Assembly: GCA_002688335.1 (NCBI GenBank)
Contig: NZCQ01000002.1
Span: forward strand, 1-43,189
From: Candidatus Pacearchaeota archaeon
GTDB lineage: Archaea > Nanobdellota > Nanobdellia > Pacearchaeales > GW2011-AR1
DNA length: 43,189 nucleotides
Direction: 5' to 3'
In this document: positions 17,709 to 26,517 of the stretch, piece by piece
Numbering within the stretch: position 1 is the stretch's first letter
How the letters are laid out: each line of letters starts with the position of its first letter
The notes under the pieces: generated by a model
Told to the model about the DNA's origin: nothing
What the model saw: only the letters and a program-made list of their open reading frames with translations
Databases searched by the model: none
Made by a program: the position numbers and the translations under genes

Positions 17709-18455
17709 TCACTTCAATCCCTTACAAAAATCATAAGCATCATCCTTCGGCTTATATCCCACAAGCTTCTTAGTAAAAGACAAATCCATATACTTCTTCT
17801 TATTATCCGAACTTCCACTCAATATTCCATATCTAACACTTTTCGGAGCAACAATGCACTTATGAATTAGCTGAGTCATATCTCTTTGACTTATAACATA
17901 ATCATAATTATCTCTATTCAAACAAACTTTTTCTCTTAAATCATCAGAAACATAAGCGCCAATTCTTATAGCCAAACAAGACAGGTTATATTTTTTTGAA
18001 AAAACATAACAAAGAGATTCTCCAAAAACCTTAGAAGCTCCGTAAAAGCCAGAAGGCTTAGGTGCATGATCTTCTCTCACTCTTTTCCCTAAAGGATATC
18101 CCCTTATCGCATGAACACTGCTTGCATAAATAACTCTTTCACATCCAGCCAATCTTGCAGCCTCAAAAACATTGTATGCACCAATTATATTGGGAGCTAA
18201 AACCTCATCAAAACTTGCACTAGGATCAGATTCCGCAGCCAAATTAACAACAACAGAAATGCCCTTCATAGCTTTCTTCAACCTAGCAACATTAGAATAA
18301 TCAACAACCCTGACCTCATATCCTTCAATCTTTCTTTTCTTTCTAGAACCAATTACAACACCATAATAACTCTTATAATTTTTCTCATAATCCTCCAAAA
18401 TCCCGGGACCAATCCTTCCAGTAACTCCTAAAAACAAAACCTTTCTTTTAACCAT
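17709..18455 (-). CDS. NAD-dependent epimerase/dehydratase (SDR) family protein
   Basis: MVKRKVLFLGVTGRIGPG (Rossmann motif GxxGxxG) and YGASK (YxxxK). Start set at the ATG at 18455, which has GAGGT upstream. The longer track ORF reads through the G4 repeat. Confidence 0.8.
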   Translation of the reverse strand: MVKRKVLFLGVTGRIGPGILEDYEKNYKSYYGVVIGSRKKRKIEGYEVRVVDYSNVARLKKAMKGISVVVNLAAESDPSASFDEVLAPNIIGAYNVFEAARLAGCERVIYASSVHAIRGYPLGKRVREDHAPKPSGFYGASKVFGESLCYVFSKKYNLSCLAIRIGAYVSDDLREKVCLNRDNYDYVISQRDMTQLIHKCIVAPKSVRYGILSGSSDNKKKYMDLSFTKKLVGYKPKDDAYDFCKGLK

Positions 18456-18466
18456 CTTACCTCTTA

Positions 18467-18520
18467 TTTTTACAACTCTCCTGGGCGGGTGGGCGGGTTG
18501 AGAGATTACAGTTGTAAAAA
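18467..18520 (+). repeat. 54-nt hairpin-ended G-quadruplex element, copy 2 (intergenic, 11 nt upstream of the epimerase start on the opposite strand)
   Basis: TTTTTACAACTCTCCTGGGCGGGTGGGCGGGTTGAGAGATTACAGTTGTAAAAA, with perfect 11-nt terminal inverted repeats. Confidence 0.85.
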
Positions 18521-18724
18521 TTACACACATTACAAATAAAGAATAATATTTAAATGTAATGTGAACCAATTTACCTTCAAGCTAACCTTTTCAAAAAAGA
18601 TATTACTCCATCGTTTTTTTGATTTATCAATTACCAAAAACTTTAATGAAGCAACTAAGCGGAGCTAGTTGCGAAACATAAAACAAATCAACAGCTTTAA
18701 AAAATCAAATCAACTTTCAATAGC

Positions 18725-18880
18725 ATGCAAAAAGAAATAAGATGCAAGGATTGCAATAAAACATTCGAGGTGAATCCCAACGCTAGATATCCTAGGAAAT
18801 ATTGCGATACTTGCAGTAAGGAAAGGAAAGAGGCCTACGCCAAGATCGGTGAAATAAAGTTTGAAGATTGTGAGGATTGA
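18725..18880 (+). CDS. 51-aa zinc-ribbon peptide
   Basis: My own translation: MQKEIRCKDCNKTFEVNPNARYPRKYCDTCSKERKEAYAKIGEIKFEDCED. Confidence 0.35.
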   Translation: MQKEIRCKDCNKTFEVNPNARYPRKYCDTCSKERKEAYAKIGEIKFEDCED

Positions 18881-18897
18881 ATGCGCCATGGGAGAAT
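18879..18897 (-). repeat. 19-bp perfect direct copy of the tRNA-Gly 3' end (att-like)
   Basis: GAATGCGCCATGGGAGAAT is identical to 19735-19753. Confidence 0.8.
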
Positions 18898-18930
18898 GAG
18901 CTATTTTGGGTTGGTTAGGGGTATCGATAT

Positions 18931-19200
18931 TTAATAAACTCTGCCCCTATAATTTGCCGTATCAATGAATATTTTATCTTCAACAACTTCAAAAATATAT
19001 CTTATCTCTCCAATTCTTATTCTATATCTATTTTTACTTTTTCCCTTAAATCTCTCAATATCTAAGCGCAAATTATTATCTGAATTAAAGTCTTTTAATC
19101 TTCCTAATTTTTCCCTTACTTTTTCAGCATTAGGCAGTTTATTTATAAATTGATTAACTTTTTTAAGAATTATAATTTGAAACATTTTAAAGAGGTTCAT
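18931..19200 (-). CDS. RelE/ParE-family toxin
   Basis: The YRIRIGEIRYIFEVVEDKIFI core is typical. It is preceded by a small acidic ORF. The start may be the ATG at 19185. Confidence 0.65.
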   Translation of the reverse strand: MNLFKMFQIIILKKVNQFINKLPNAEKVREKLGRLKDFNSDNNLRLDIERFKGKSKNRYRIRIGEIRYIFEVVEDKIFIDTANYRGRVY

Positions 19201-19369
19201 AATCTTCTAGATTTCTAGGCTCATCTAATGAATCTCCGTGTAGCCCTTCAAGTTCTGCTTGTTCTTCATCTGAAAGGAATGGAATTGATCCACCATTAGC
19301 TTCTCTAACAGTTTCCAAAATAAATTCCTTTAGTTCCTTCTTACTACTTGGTAAAGATTCTTGTTCCAT
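19187..19369 (-). CDS. Putative antitoxin
   Basis: 60 aa, acidic, immediately upstream of the toxin. Confidence 0.45.
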   Translation of the reverse strand: MEQESLPSSKKELKEFILETVREANGGSIPFLSDEEQAELEGLHGDSLDEPRNLEDYEPL

Positions 19370-19423
19370 GATTAGAATAACCTTAGATGGTATTTATATA
19401 TTTTGGTTCGAAGAGAGGTATCG

Positions 19424-19669
19424 TTATCTTTTTTGTCTAGGCTCATAAAACACTCCAACACTATAATAACTCCTATAAGAATTTCTTTCTATAGAGATAG
19501 TATGGCAACAAATAGCAAAACTCTGAAATTGGCCTTCAACTTTATATCTTTTAAATAAACCTCTTGCATTTACCCCCTTTGAGTCACAAGACGCGTTTAC
19601 ATCTATAATTATAAAATTTTGTTCTTCGTTAACGGCCTTATGATAAGTTAATCTTGGATTACTAAACAC
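19424..19669 (-). CDS. Hypothetical protein
   Basis: ORF track only. Confidence 0.3.
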   Translation of the reverse strand: MFSNPRLTYHKAVNEEQNFIIIDVNASCDSKGVNARGLFKRYKVEGQFQSFAICCHTISIERNSYRSYYSVGVFYEPRQKR

Positions 19670-19737
19670 CAGGGTAATTTACTACATAATTATCTTTTAA
19701 ACCTTTCTAAAATTCGATTCTCCCCGTGAGCATCGAA

Positions 19738-19808
19738 TGCGCCATGGGAGAATCGAACTCCCGTCCTGTGATTGGCAACCACATGTTCTACCACTAAACT
19801 AATGGCGC
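19738..19808 (-). tRNA. tRNA-Gly (GCC)
   Basis: Folded by hand: GCGCCAT-TA-GTTT/GAAC-TGTGG TTGCCAA TCACA-GGGAG TTCGATT CTCCC-ATGGCGC-A. No CCA is encoded. Confidence 0.9.
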
Positions 19809-19861
19809 ATATTTTTACTGAGAAATTCCTATTTAAATAAATTTGCATTAAACAGATAAAT

Positions 19862-21004
19862 TCACAAAACCTCAACATTAATATCTTTCAAAGAATCCCT
19901 AATAGTTCCAAGAATCTTCTCTTCATCTTCCCTTAATTTATCTAACCTCTTTTCTTCTCTTAACTCATCAGCCTTCAAAGCCTCAATATCTTTTTCTAAT
20001 CTTTTAATACTCTCCTTCAAATCAGAAGTCAAATCTCTCTCTAGCTTAAAACTATCAAGCTCTTCCCCCATATTAATCAATTCCTGAATATTCTGAATAA
20101 CAAGATTCTTATTATTCAAAGAACTAACAAGATTCTTCAGGATCTCTCCCTTATCCTTATCAAAAGCTCTATCAAAATTCCCTCTATATTCTTTAACAAT
20201 TCCCATTTCAGTTCTATTCTCATGCCAAATTTTAGCAAGTAATTTAAAATCAATCATCCCTCTCAACATAATTAATTTAGAACTTAACCTATCCTTCAAA
20301 TTATTATAATTTTTATTGCTATCTTCCCATTCCTTAAACTCATCACTACTCTCAATCTTAGCAATATCATTCCCATTTTTCTTAATTTCTAATCTCAATC
20401 CCTCCGATTTATTCCCTATCCCCTCAATCTCCTCGTTAGTATTCCTAATCAAATATCTAACATCTTTTAATTCTCCCAACTTTCTCTTAACATCAGAAAT
20501 TACATCAATGCGCTCAAGCAATCCTTTATTTTCTTCTTGAAGTCTATCCAATTCTCTAAAGAAATCTCCAGCACTTTTCCCTATTACAGCAACCTCCTTT
20601 CCAATTAAAAATGTCAGTTTTTGATAACTCTTTCCTGTTCTCTTATCAAAACCTTCAAACAAACTGTCAATACTATCTCTACTTAATTCTCCCAAATCTA
20701 ACAAGCCCTTCATCAACTGCTCTAAATTAAAAATATAGTTCTCCAGATTTCCTTTAACAATGTTCTTAACTCTATCTTCAGTTTTTATCTTTTCCCAATC
20801 AATATTTCTCAACCCTTGAATCCCCCTCTCAAACCCCTCAGTTAGTTGACTAATTCTCTCCCTGACAGAAGAAAAATAATGGTTTCTATCTTCAGAAAGG
20901 ATCCCAATTTCATCCTCCATCCAAGAATCTAACTCACCTACACCTACCTTCCTGACTTCAACAATTTCTTCTTTCTTCTTCCTAAATAAATCCCAAAATC
21001 CCAT
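19862..21004 (-). CDS. Coiled-coil protein
   Basis: 380 aa, rich in E/K/L heptad-like sequence. No catalytic motif seen. Confidence 0.5.
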   Translation of the reverse strand: MGFWDLFRKKKEEIVEVRKVGVGELDSWMEDEIGILSEDRNHYFSSVRERISQLTEGFERGIQGLRNIDWEKIKTEDRVKNIVKGNLENYIFNLEQLMKGLLDLGELSRDSIDSLFEGFDKRTGKSYQKLTFLIGKEVAVIGKSAGDFFRELDRLQEENKGLLERIDVISDVKRKLGELKDVRYLIRNTNEEIEGIGNKSEGLRLEIKKNGNDIAKIESSDEFKEWEDSNKNYNNLKDRLSSKLIMLRGMIDFKLLAKIWHENRTEMGIVKEYRGNFDRAFDKDKGEILKNLVSSLNNKNLVIQNIQELINMGEELDSFKLERDLTSDLKESIKRLEKDIEALKADELREEKRLDKLREDEEKILGTIRDSLKDINVEVL

Positions 21005-21083
21005 GTAAAATAATATAAACCACAGGTTTTATATCTAATTATTTTATCAATACCTATTACCTCCCACATATTATTCCACCTAA

Positions 21084-21452
21084 TTAAAGATACTCGCTCA
21101 AAACCTGTTTAACTCTCTCACTATCATTAAACAAATCCTCTTTCCCAAAACCCTCTACAGCCCCATGCTCCATAGCCTCATCCATTTTATCTTTATAATT
21201 AGTAATCAACATTACAGGAATCAAAACATTCTTATTCTTAATATAATCTATCAACTCCAGGCCATTTCTCTGATCTCTACCAACCCTATTAACTAAAACT
21301 AAATCTACATTATCCAATTTAGCAATTCCCCCATCCATCGTCTTTATATCTTCGACATCAGCATTAAAATTATTCTCGATAAAAGATTTAATCTGAGGTC
21401 CATCATAATCACAATTCCCAACCAAAATTACTTTTTTATTTAATTCTTCCAT
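21084..21452 (-). CDS. CheY-like receiver-fold protein lacking the canonical phospho-acceptor Asp (pseudo-receiver)
   Basis: KKVILVGNCDYDG..VDLVLVNRVGRDQRNGLELI..IPVMLIT. The position that is usually D reads N (DLVLVN). Confidence 0.5.
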   Translation of the reverse strand: MEELNKKVILVGNCDYDGPQIKSFIENNFNADVEDIKTMDGGIAKLDNVDLVLVNRVGRDQRNGLELIDYIKNKNVLIPVMLITNYKDKMDEAMEHGAVEGFGKEDLFNDSERVKQVLSEYL

Positions 21453-21453
21453 A

Positions 21454-21771
21454 TTAAAAATTACCCCAACTCCATTTAGGCCTCTCACCAGCCCTATAAC
21501 AAATAAAAATTAAAATCGCAATCGAAGCGATAAGTTTAAAGAAAAACCATGCCAAATCCTTGTTAGTCGGAGAAGAAATTGACGCAAGTTCTAAGCCAGT
21601 ATAAACAATAAACAAAATAAAAGCCAAGGTTACAATCCACCCCTCCACCATCACCGGAGTCCAACCCCATCCAAAAAGCTTACGCTTAAACCAATAACCT
21701 TCAGGATTATCTCTCAAATAATCCAAATACCTTCCAAACATTGACTTTCTCATAGATAAAATTAGAAGCAA
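21454..21771 (-). CDS. Small membrane protein
   Basis: YWFKRKLFGWGWTPV motif followed by two helices. Confidence 0.45.
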   Translation of the reverse strand: MLLILSMRKSMFGRYLDYLRDNPEGYWFKRKLFGWGWTPVMVEGWIVTLAFILFIVYTGLELASISSPTNKDLAWFFFKLIASIAILIFICYRAGERPKWSWGNF

Positions 21772-21801
21772 CCATTAATATAGTTAGCGATATAGACTAC
21801 C

Positions 21802-21833
21802 AAGAATCGAACTTCCGACTTCTTGGTGTAAAC
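21802..21833 (-). repeat. Partial, degenerate copy of tRNA-Val (T-arm to anticodon loop)
   Basis: AAGAATCGAACTTCCGA (17/17) and GGTGTAAAC match 22553-22584. No acceptor or D-arm is present. Confidence 0.7.
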
Positions 21834-21897
21834 TAATTAACCATAAAAGTTACTTTTTTAGATAATCGTTCTTGATAAGTTTTGTTACAAAATGTTT

Positions 21898-22533
21898 TTA
21901 CACACGATCTAGTTGCTCATTTATATTACCATAATTTAATTCAAATCCATACACTGCTTTAAACTTGTCTTGAAATTCTTTCTTTGAATTAATACTCATA
22001 AGAGACTTAATTAGTTCTAAGATCTTTTGCTTTCCAAATTTTTCTACTAGAAGTTTAACTACAAACCCTGACTCTTTATATACTCCCGGACCACTTTTCT
22101 CATAATAATCCAGAAATTCACTAAATTCCTTTGGCTTATTTTTTGTTTCATCTTGATCAGATAAATAAATAGCCATTCCTTCCCACAACCAATCAGGCTT
22201 ATTTTTAAAACCAGAAATAACTTGAAAAAATGAGTGTGCCAATTCATGTTTGATGGTTTTAGAATACTCTTCCTCAGAAAATTTGTGACAACTTTCTTTT
22301 TCATAATTCTCCCTATCTAACATATAAACATCAGCCTTATTAACAAATCCAACAACCCAATCTTCTGTCTTTTTACCAAGTATTTTATCTATTGTTACCC
22401 TATTTTTAACTAAAAATATTCTAGGCTTATTAAATTCCCAATTTAATTCAAAGAAATTGCCTAATTCACTTATGGCTTTCTTATAATCTTTTTCTATTTT
22501 CTCATCATCAATGTATTGTATAGAAAATGTCAT
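21898..22533 (-). CDS. Putative zinc metallopeptidase (HExxH)
   Basis: IKHELAHSFF motif. Start trimmed to MTFSIQY because the longer track ORF overlaps tRNA-Val. Confidence 0.5.
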   Translation of the reverse strand: MTFSIQYIDDEKIEKDYKKAISELGNFFELNWEFNKPRIFLVKNRVTIDKILGKKTEDWVVGFVNKADVYMLDRENYEKESCHKFSEEEYSKTIKHELAHSFFQVISGFKNKPDWLWEGMAIYLSDQDETKNKPKEFSEFLDYYEKSGPGVYKESGFVVKLLVEKFGKQKILELIKSLMSINSKKEFQDKFKAVYGFELNYGNINEQLDRV

Positions 22534-22542
22534 CTTAAAACA

Positions 22543-22613
22543 TGGGCGTAGGAAGAATCGAACTTCCGAATCCTCGGTGTAAACGAGGTGGTTTGCCACT
22601 AGCCTATACGCCC
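22543..22613 (-). tRNA. tRNA-Val (TAC)
   Basis: Folded by hand: GGGCGTA..CCTCG TTTACAC CGAGG..GGAAG TTCGATT CTTCC TACGCCC A. The D-stem has one mismatch. Confidence 0.85.
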
Positions 22614-22725
22614 ATAATAAATTAAGAATGAGTGGCTTTTTAAGGCTTTTTATTTGAAATAATGTTATTATTAGAAAGTAATTAATAATGATAAGGTTTA
22701 TAAAGGATTTAAATGAGAGATTAAT

Positions 22726-24024
22726 ATGAATAAAAAACTAACTACGAAAATAGAGGAAGCTCAAGAAGTTGCATTGGAACTTGAAAAATTAGGAGAGTTT
22801 AGTAGAGATAATAGTTTTTCTCCTCCAAAAGTTTATGAGGAAGCAGTCTCAAAAATGGAAGATATTGTAAGTTCCCTTAATGATTATATAGAGCCTAAAA
22901 CAAGAGGTGAATTAATTGAATCTGAACTACGTAGAAGATTAATTGGTGAAGCAGCTGAAATTGAGAAAAGATTAAGTGGTAAATTAATAGATTTTGATTC
23001 AACTTTAAGATTATATGGAATTCCGCAACAAGATATCGATGAACTTGAACCCTGGCTTCTTAAAAACAAAGATAAAGTACTTGAAACTGTCGAAAGGCTT
23101 TACCGAAAATTTGAAGGAAGTAATAATTCTCATTTAGGTCTTGATATTTGGCCCGTAAGAAGAGAAATTGAAAACTTTGCCTCATCAAGCATTACGAGAT
23201 TTCATAAGAAATTAGGAAAATTTCTGCAAGGATTTACACAAATTGGAAATTATTTAAGAGATATTAACGCTGTTCCAACTAGTGAAGCTAGATCCTATTT
23301 TAATTTTAATACAAACGAACTTGCAATAGGAATTGAAGCAATATGTAAAAGAACAAAAGAAGGATTATTAAAACTTGATCATAAACAATTAATAAGATTA
23401 TATGGTCATGAAGGAATGGGGCATGCATTAAACTTTATTTTATCAAGATGTGAAGACTTACCTCACTTTTTATCCAAAGAATCAAGTTTTGTTGAATCAA
23501 CAGCAGAGTCAGTTGCTCAATTTTATGAAAGACAATTGCTTGAAGATATAAAAGATTCCGATGAATTACAGAGAGATCTTGAGATTGCACATCTTTTTGA
23601 GGAGATATATCAAGATTCTAGTGATAAGGAATATGTGGATAGATATGGGTTAAAACTAACTCAATATGCAACAAGGGTTTTGGCAGATAGATCGCTTGGA
23701 GATCATAAAGATTCAAAAGTTATAGATAAAAGAAAAGGATTAATTAAAAGAGTTGCATTGTATAGAAATCATGCAACATATATAGTTGAAAATAGTCTAG
23801 ATCATTATGATTCACAAGGAAATTACTCAGAAGCAGCCGTTTCTGAATTACGATATTGTGCAAATCCTGTAAGAAGAGCACTAGATATATTCACCAATGG
23901 GGGAATTGAATATAAAGCGGAAAGTAGAGATACAATTGATCAAGCTTTATTAACAGGATTTTGGACTTCAAAAGGATTCGTTGATAATGCCAGAATTATT
24001 GCACAGAAAAATACCAAAGAATAA
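22726..24024 (+). CDS. Hypothetical protein with a metallopeptidase-like HEGMGH segment
   Basis: ORF track. YGHEGMGHALNF is HExxxH rather than the canonical HExxH. Confidence 0.45.
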   Translation: MNKKLTTKIEEAQEVALELEKLGEFSRDNSFSPPKVYEEAVSKMEDIVSSLNDYIEPKTRGELIESELRRRLIGEAAEIEKRLSGKLIDFDSTLRLYGIPQQDIDELEPWLLKNKDKVLETVERLYRKFEGSNNSHLGLDIWPVRREIENFASSSITRFHKKLGKFLQGFTQIGNYLRDINAVPTSEARSYFNFNTNELAIGIEAICKRTKEGLLKLDHKQLIRLYGHEGMGHALNFILSRCEDLPHFLSKESSFVESTAESVAQFYERQLLEDIKDSDELQRDLEIAHLFEEIYQDSSDKEYVDRYGLKLTQYATRVLADRSLGDHKDSKVIDKRKGLIKRVALYRNHATYIVENSLDHYDSQGNYSEAAVSELRYCANPVRRALDIFTNGGIEYKAESRDTIDQALLTGFWTSKGFVDNARIIAQKNTKE

Positions 24025-24068
24025 CATTTAAATACAAAACAACAATCATAATATATAAGTAAAATAAA

Positions 24069-25871
24069 ATGACAAACCCAAATAATCCAAATGAACCAAC
24101 AAGTCTTGATGATAAGAAATATCAAAATCCTGAATTAAAAAATGTCCAGGTCCCTCAATCCCCAAACCCTCAAGAAAGCAAAGAGATGCAAAAAGTTCGA
24201 GAGAATATTGAGAACTTGAAAAAACATATTCTAAAAAAATACAAATTCATTACAGGCATTGGAATAATCCCCCCTCAAGCAGCAGAGATGTTTGATGAAG
24301 AAAACAACTTAAACGAAGAGGAGAGAAAACAAAAACCAATGCACCTATTAGTAGTTCTTCCAGATGATAAGGAAAAAGAATTCAATAATGTAAAACTAGA
24401 AATAATCAAAAAAGTAAAAGAAGATAAGCTAAAGGTCTGGTTAAATATTTTCTTAGAAACGGACCTATGGGAGATCTGTCTTGACAGTAAATACAACATA
24501 ATTGAAGCTATTGGAATGTCATATCCAATCCATGATAAAGGAATCTTAGGATCATTAAGAGTTGCCCAAATACACAAATCACTTGTTCTAAAAAAATTTG
24601 AGAAATATGTTTATAGTTATGTCATTGGAGGAAGCCTAGTCCGAGGAGAAGCAATTAAAACATCAGACGTAGATGTCTACATAATCATAGACGACACTGA
24701 TGTAAAAAGAATGCCTCGCTTAGAATTAAAAGATAAGTTAAGAAACATCATACACAGCTATGTAATGCAGGCAGGAGAGCTTGCAGGAGTTAAAAACAAA
24801 CTATCCCCCCAAGTATACCTCTTAACAGAATTCTGGGAAGGAGTTAAAGATGCAAACCCAATTTTCTACACCTTCTTGAGAGACGGAGTTCCAATTTACG
24901 ATAGAGGAGGGTTCTTGCCTTGGAAATTACTTCTTAAAATGGGGAAAATCAAACCAACTCCAGAATCAATTGACATGTTTATGGGGATGGGGGACAAAAC
25001 AAAAGACATGGCAAAAAGAAGGCTTCTAGACATAGTAATAGGAGATATTTACTATGGAGTTTTAACGCCAACTCAAGCACTTTTAATGCTTTATGGATTA
25101 CCTCCAACAAACCCTAGAGAAACAGTTGAAGAAGTGAAAAGAATCTTTGTAGATAAAGAAAAGCTATTAGATAAAAAACACTGGGAAATCTTAGAAGAAA
25201 TAGTAATCAAATATTTCAAAGCTTATGAGCACGGCAAAGTGAAAGAAGTTACTGGAAAAGAAGTTGACAAATTAATGAAGGGAAGCGAAGAATATCTAAA
25301 AAAACTAAAAGAAGTAAGAACAGAACTCGAGAAAAGAATGACTGAGAAAACATTCAAAGAAATTTATGAAAATGTGTTTGAAATCCTAAAGAATCAATTT
25401 GGGAAAAAGGCCGAAACATCTTTAGTCAAAGAATATGAAAAAGAAATAGTAAATAAAGCTAAAGGAAATCCAAAATTCATCCATACATTAAATGAATTGA
25501 TAAACACAAAAAAGAACTACAAGAATAAAAAAGCCCCTAGTAAGTATGACTTCGAGAGATTAAGAAAAGACAGCGTATACCTAGTACAAGAATTAATTGA
25601 ATATGGCCAAAGAAAAGATCTAGGATTATTACAAAAAACAAAAGTAGTCCTAACAAGCAAGGGAAAACACCATGATTTGTTCCTAACTAAACCAGCATTC
25701 TTAGTAGAAGAAAAAGGAGTAAAAAAGATCGAAGGTGGTAAGATAATGAACTCTGACGTTAATGAAATGAACAAAATCTTATCAACTTACAAGGGCGGAA
25801 GAGTTGTTCTCCAAGACGAAGTTCTAAAAGCACTAGAAAAAGAACTAGGTGATTTTGATGTTAGTTTTTAA
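24069..25871 (+). CDS. Large nucleotidyltransferase-domain protein
   Basis: VIGGSLVRGEAIKTSDVDVYIIID (Pol-beta NTase signature), followed by about 350 aa of helical sequence. Confidence 0.6.
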   Translation: MTNPNNPNEPTSLDDKKYQNPELKNVQVPQSPNPQESKEMQKVRENIENLKKHILKKYKFITGIGIIPPQAAEMFDEENNLNEEERKQKPMHLLVVLPDDKEKEFNNVKLEIIKKVKEDKLKVWLNIFLETDLWEICLDSKYNIIEAIGMSYPIHDKGILGSLRVAQIHKSLVLKKFEKYVYSYVIGGSLVRGEAIKTSDVDVYIIIDDTDVKRMPRLELKDKLRNIIHSYVMQAGELAGVKNKLSPQVYLLTEFWEGVKDANPIFYTFLRDGVPIYDRGGFLPWKLLLKMGKIKPTPESIDMFMGMGDKTKDMAKRRLLDIVIGDIYYGVLTPTQALLMLYGLPPTNPRETVEEVKRIFVDKEKLLDKKHWEILEEIVIKYFKAYEHGKVKEVTGKEVDKLMKGSEEYLKKLKEVRTELEKRMTEKTFKEIYENVFEILKNQFGKKAETSLVKEYEKEIVNKAKGNPKFIHTLNELINTKKNYKNKKAPSKYDFERLRKDSVYLVQELIEYGQRKDLGLLQKTKVVLTSKGKHHDLFLTKPAFLVEEKGVKKIEGGKIMNSDVNEMNKILSTYKGGRVVLQDEVLKALEKELGDFDVSF

Positions 25872-25921
25872 CATCCGGTTGTAGCAATAAAAATTAAAAA
25901 GGATAATACCTTGTTAACTCA

Positions 25922-26224
25922 ATGAATAAAATTCTCAAAATCAGCGGATTAACTTTAATCTGTTTATCTTCTTTTACAGCCGGTTGGTTTGGTAATTCAT
26001 ATTTCTCAAGAAGCGTAGAAGGTGAACAAAATTCCTCACGCATACCTCAAACAGGCTATAACCTAATAATTAATACTCAAAGAGAAAATGAGGAAGAAAA
26101 AACCACCATTTATTCTCTAGATTACATAGATTGGGTTAGTCAAGAAGGATCTGGATTTGATAACCGAGAAAGAGAATTTCACGGTTGGATAGAATACGTT
26201 CCTCCAAAGATTGTAGGGAGATAG
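25922..26224 (+). CDS. Small secreted or membrane-anchored hypothetical protein
   Basis: N-terminal hydrophobic helix. Confidence 0.4.
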   Translation: MNKILKISGLTLICLSSFTAGWFGNSYFSRSVEGEQNSSRIPQTGYNLIINTQRENEEEKTTIYSLDYIDWVSQEGSGFDNREREFHGWIEYVPPKIVGR

Positions 26225-26265
26225 GGCTTCCAAAACTTTAAAAACCCTCAACTTCTTGAAATAAC

Positions 26266-26517
26266 ATGGCTAAAGTTATACAATTTAGACGAAGTAGGAA
26301 AAAAATACATGAGAAGCATTACATCTTAGATGTGGATACAAAAACTCCTGAAGAAGCAGAGAAATTCGTTGGCAAAAAGGTAACTTGGAAAAGTCCCGCA
26401 GGGAAAGAAATCGAGGGTAAAATCAGTTCATCTCACGGAAACAAGGGCTTGGTTAGAGCTATTTTTGAAAAAGGGCTTCCAGGTCAAGCAAGAAATGATA
26501 ATGTCGAGGTAAAATAA
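26266..26517 (+). CDS. rpl35ae: Ribosomal protein L35Ae (eL33)
   Basis: 83 aa, with GKKVTWKSP.GKEI.GKI...HGN.G.VRA.F..GLPGQA as the family pattern. Confidence 0.8.
   Translation: MAKVIQFRRSRKKIHEKHYILDVDTKTPEEAEKFVGKKVTWKSPAGKEIEGKISSSHGNKGLVRAIFEKGLPGQARNDNVEVK

Noticed and set aside
19690-19878. Track ORF overlapping tRNA-Gly, considered as the N-terminal fragment of a split SSV-type integrase
   Set aside because: It is only 62 aa and has no integrase motifs. No matching C-terminal fragment crosses the second att-like repeat at 18879-18897. It is most likely a chance ORF through the tRNA.
21781-21860. The tRNA-Val-like fragment as a Nanoarchaeum-style split tRNA half gene
   Set aside because: There is no acceptor-stem complement, no GC-rich leader or trailer for trans-pairing, and the T-stem is disrupted. 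It looks like a remnant.
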